Notes under the pieces: generated by a model | What the model was told of the DNA's origin: nothing | Databases searched by the model: none | Seen by the model: the letters and a program-made list of their open reading frames with translations, nothing else | DNA from: Mariprofundaceae bacterium | Lineage (GTDB): Bacteria; Pseudomonadota; Zetaproteobacteria; Mariprofundales; Mariprofundaceae | Direction of reading: 5' to 3' | NCBI GenBank assembly: GCA_015488375.1 | Contig: WFNX01000079.1 | Coordinates: 1-58,113 of the forward strand | DNA length: 58,113 bases | Translations under genes and position numbers: made by a program | In this document: in pieces, positions 56,917-58,113 of the stretch | Layout of the letters: every line of letters starts with the position of its first letter | Numbering within the stretch: the first letter of the stretch is position 1

Positions 56917-58113
56917 TCAGAATTCAGCCAGCCGCCGGATTCTGGCGTCCGCGGCGCGCAGGTTGCGGCTGATATCGTGCCCTAGCGCCATCAACAAACG
57001 CAAACCGATGTCGGGATACTGTGCACACAGCTTTTTCAGCTTCCGGTGTGTCAGTATCGCAACCTCACATTCGCGCACCACTCTGGCTTCCGCTGTTCGC
57101 GGCCCCGGATTGAGAAATGCGATTTCACCAAAGGCCATGCCCGGACCATAGCGAGCCACGCTCACCCCCTTTTTGCGTTTGCCCGGAATCAGAACCTCGA
57201 TATCTCCGCTCAGCACCACAAACAATTCATCGCCAGCATCATGATAATGAAAAATATACGCATCGGCAGCATAATGACGCCGTGAAAAATAGGACTGCAC
57301 AATCTTCTTTTCTTCCGCGGTAAAATCCCGCAGCACATCGCTCTCGCCCAGCGGCATGGAAAATTCGGCTTCAGGACGGGCAAAGCCCAGTTGCTGCAGC
57401 AACTGATCCTCGGCATATTCAAGGGCGGCATCCGAATCCCTGAACGTATGCAGGCGCACATTTTCATGGTACGGAATCATGCGCTCATGGCGATGCCCCT
57501 TGCGCTTTACCAGGCCCATGGACTTTGGCACATGGGTCAGCAACAGCTCGCCTCCGCGCGCCTGCATCATGCCGCACATATGCTCAATCATACGCACCCC
57601 GGTCAAATCTACCTGATTCAGCCGACGCATATCGAGAATAATATAACGCGCATGTCCGAGATCGTGGGTCATTTGTTCGAGCAGATCATCCGCCGTGCCA
57701 AAAAACAGGGTTCCCTTCAACACATATCCGACAATACCCTGCGCATGTTCGTGCAATGCCTGTCGTTCCTCATGGCTGCGCCGCCGCATGGAGGTTCGAT
57801 CCTGCAAATCCCAGCGATAAAGAATAATGGATGCCCTGGCCTGGTTGCGAATAAACTCAATCGCGGCCAGGGCCACCCCCAGCCCGACCGCCGTCATCAG
57901 GTCCAGCCATAGCGTTACGATGATCACAGCCAGGGCAATCCCGGCATCCACGCGCGCACGCGGCGTACGCAACCAGAGCAGAATATCACGATCCAGCATG
58001 CCGAAAATGGCGATATAGAGAATAATACCGGACAGCACACTGACCGGCAGCAGCGCTGCGACACCGCCGAACAGCGCAATAAACGAAAAGATCATGATCC
58101 CTGAGACCAAACC
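56917..58113 (-). CDS. SulP-family anion transporter, C-terminal part only (last TM helices + STAS domain + cyclic-nucleotide-binding domain); the N-terminus lies beyond the window end
   Basis: The frame is open to position 58113. TM text is ...GIILYIAIFGMLD, the STAS block is LKGTLFFGTADDL...ILDMRRLNQVDLTG, and the cNMP phosphate-binding cassette is FGEIAFLNPGPRTAEARV. Confidence 0.87.
   Translation of the reverse strand, partial: GLVSGIMIFSFIALFGGVAALLPVSVLSGIILYIAIFGMLDRDILLWLRTPRARVDAGIALAVIIVTLWLDLMTAVGLGVALAAIEFIRNQARASIILYRWDLQDRTSMRRRSHEERQALHEHAQGIVGYVLKGTLFFGTADDLLEQMTHDLGHARYIILDMRRLNQVDLTGVRMIEHMCGMMQARGGELLLTHVPKSMGLVKRKGHRHERMIPYHENVRLHTFRDSDAALEYAEDQLLQQLGFARPEAEFSMPLGESDVLRDFTAEEKKIVQSYFSRRHYAADAYIFHYHDAGDELFVVLSGDIEVLIPGKRKKGVSVARYGPGMAFGEIAFLNPGPRTAEARVVRECEVAILTHRKLKKLCAQYPDIGLRLLMALGHDISRNLRAADARIRRLAEF

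Noticed and set aside
57793-57802. A T-loop-like GGTTCGATCC string that might indicate a tRNA.
   Set aside because: The flanking bases cannot form a T-stem or acceptor stem, and the string lies inside the SulP coding sequence. No tRNA-like cloverleaf was found in any intergenic gap.

Overview
This is a 58.1-kb, gene-dense chromosomal core segment with about 58 CDS, 48 of them on the minus strand. GC content looks to be in the mid-50s percent by eye. The organism appears to be a Gram-negative, proteobacterium-like bacterium (BamA, LolA, a FadL-type outer-membrane protein, RdgC and sigma-54 promoters are present). The content is overwhelmingly housekeeping:

- The rpsB-tsf-pyrH-frr-uppS-cdsA-dxr-rseP-bamA cluster. 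bamA is missing from the ORF track only because it runs off the window start.
- uvrB, trmB, a DJ-1/YbiB-like pair and glgC.
- A nitrogen-scavenging locus with two PII-Amt modules and an outer-membrane barrel behind sigma-54 promoters.
- argB and crcB-rarA.
- A FadL-like OMP followed by lolA-ftsK-rnj-pyrE.
- thiL-pgpA-cinA and a macro-domain protein.
- A long repair-flavoured co-directional chain: rmuC-dinB-cvfB-rdgC-yheS-kinase.
- thpR-recA-recX-alaS.
- ppa-hppA plus a class V aminotransferase.
- tldD-pmbA-pfkB-can, convergent with a SulP-STAS-cNMP transporter that is truncated by the window end.

I saw no rRNA, tRNA, CRISPR array, transposase, integrase or phage gene. No intergenic gap exceeds about 290 nt. 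I could not identify a discrete accessory island or a convincing new multi-gene system, so this reads as an ordinary core region.

The observations most worth a second look are regulatory or architectural:
- A perfect 17-bp palindrome at the predicted transcription start of the thpR-recA operon.
- A perfect CRP-type TGTGA-N6-TCACA site upstream of a tiny His-rich secreted protein.
- Short tandem direct repeats in three intergenic regions, plus one at a stop codon.
- Two likely leaderless genes.
- A terminator, with no room for a promoter after it, between the soluble and the membrane pyrophosphatase genes.
- A cNMP-binding SulP transporter next to a beta-carbonic anhydrase.

All functional calls rest on motifs read from the translations and on remembered family features. 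No database search was run.
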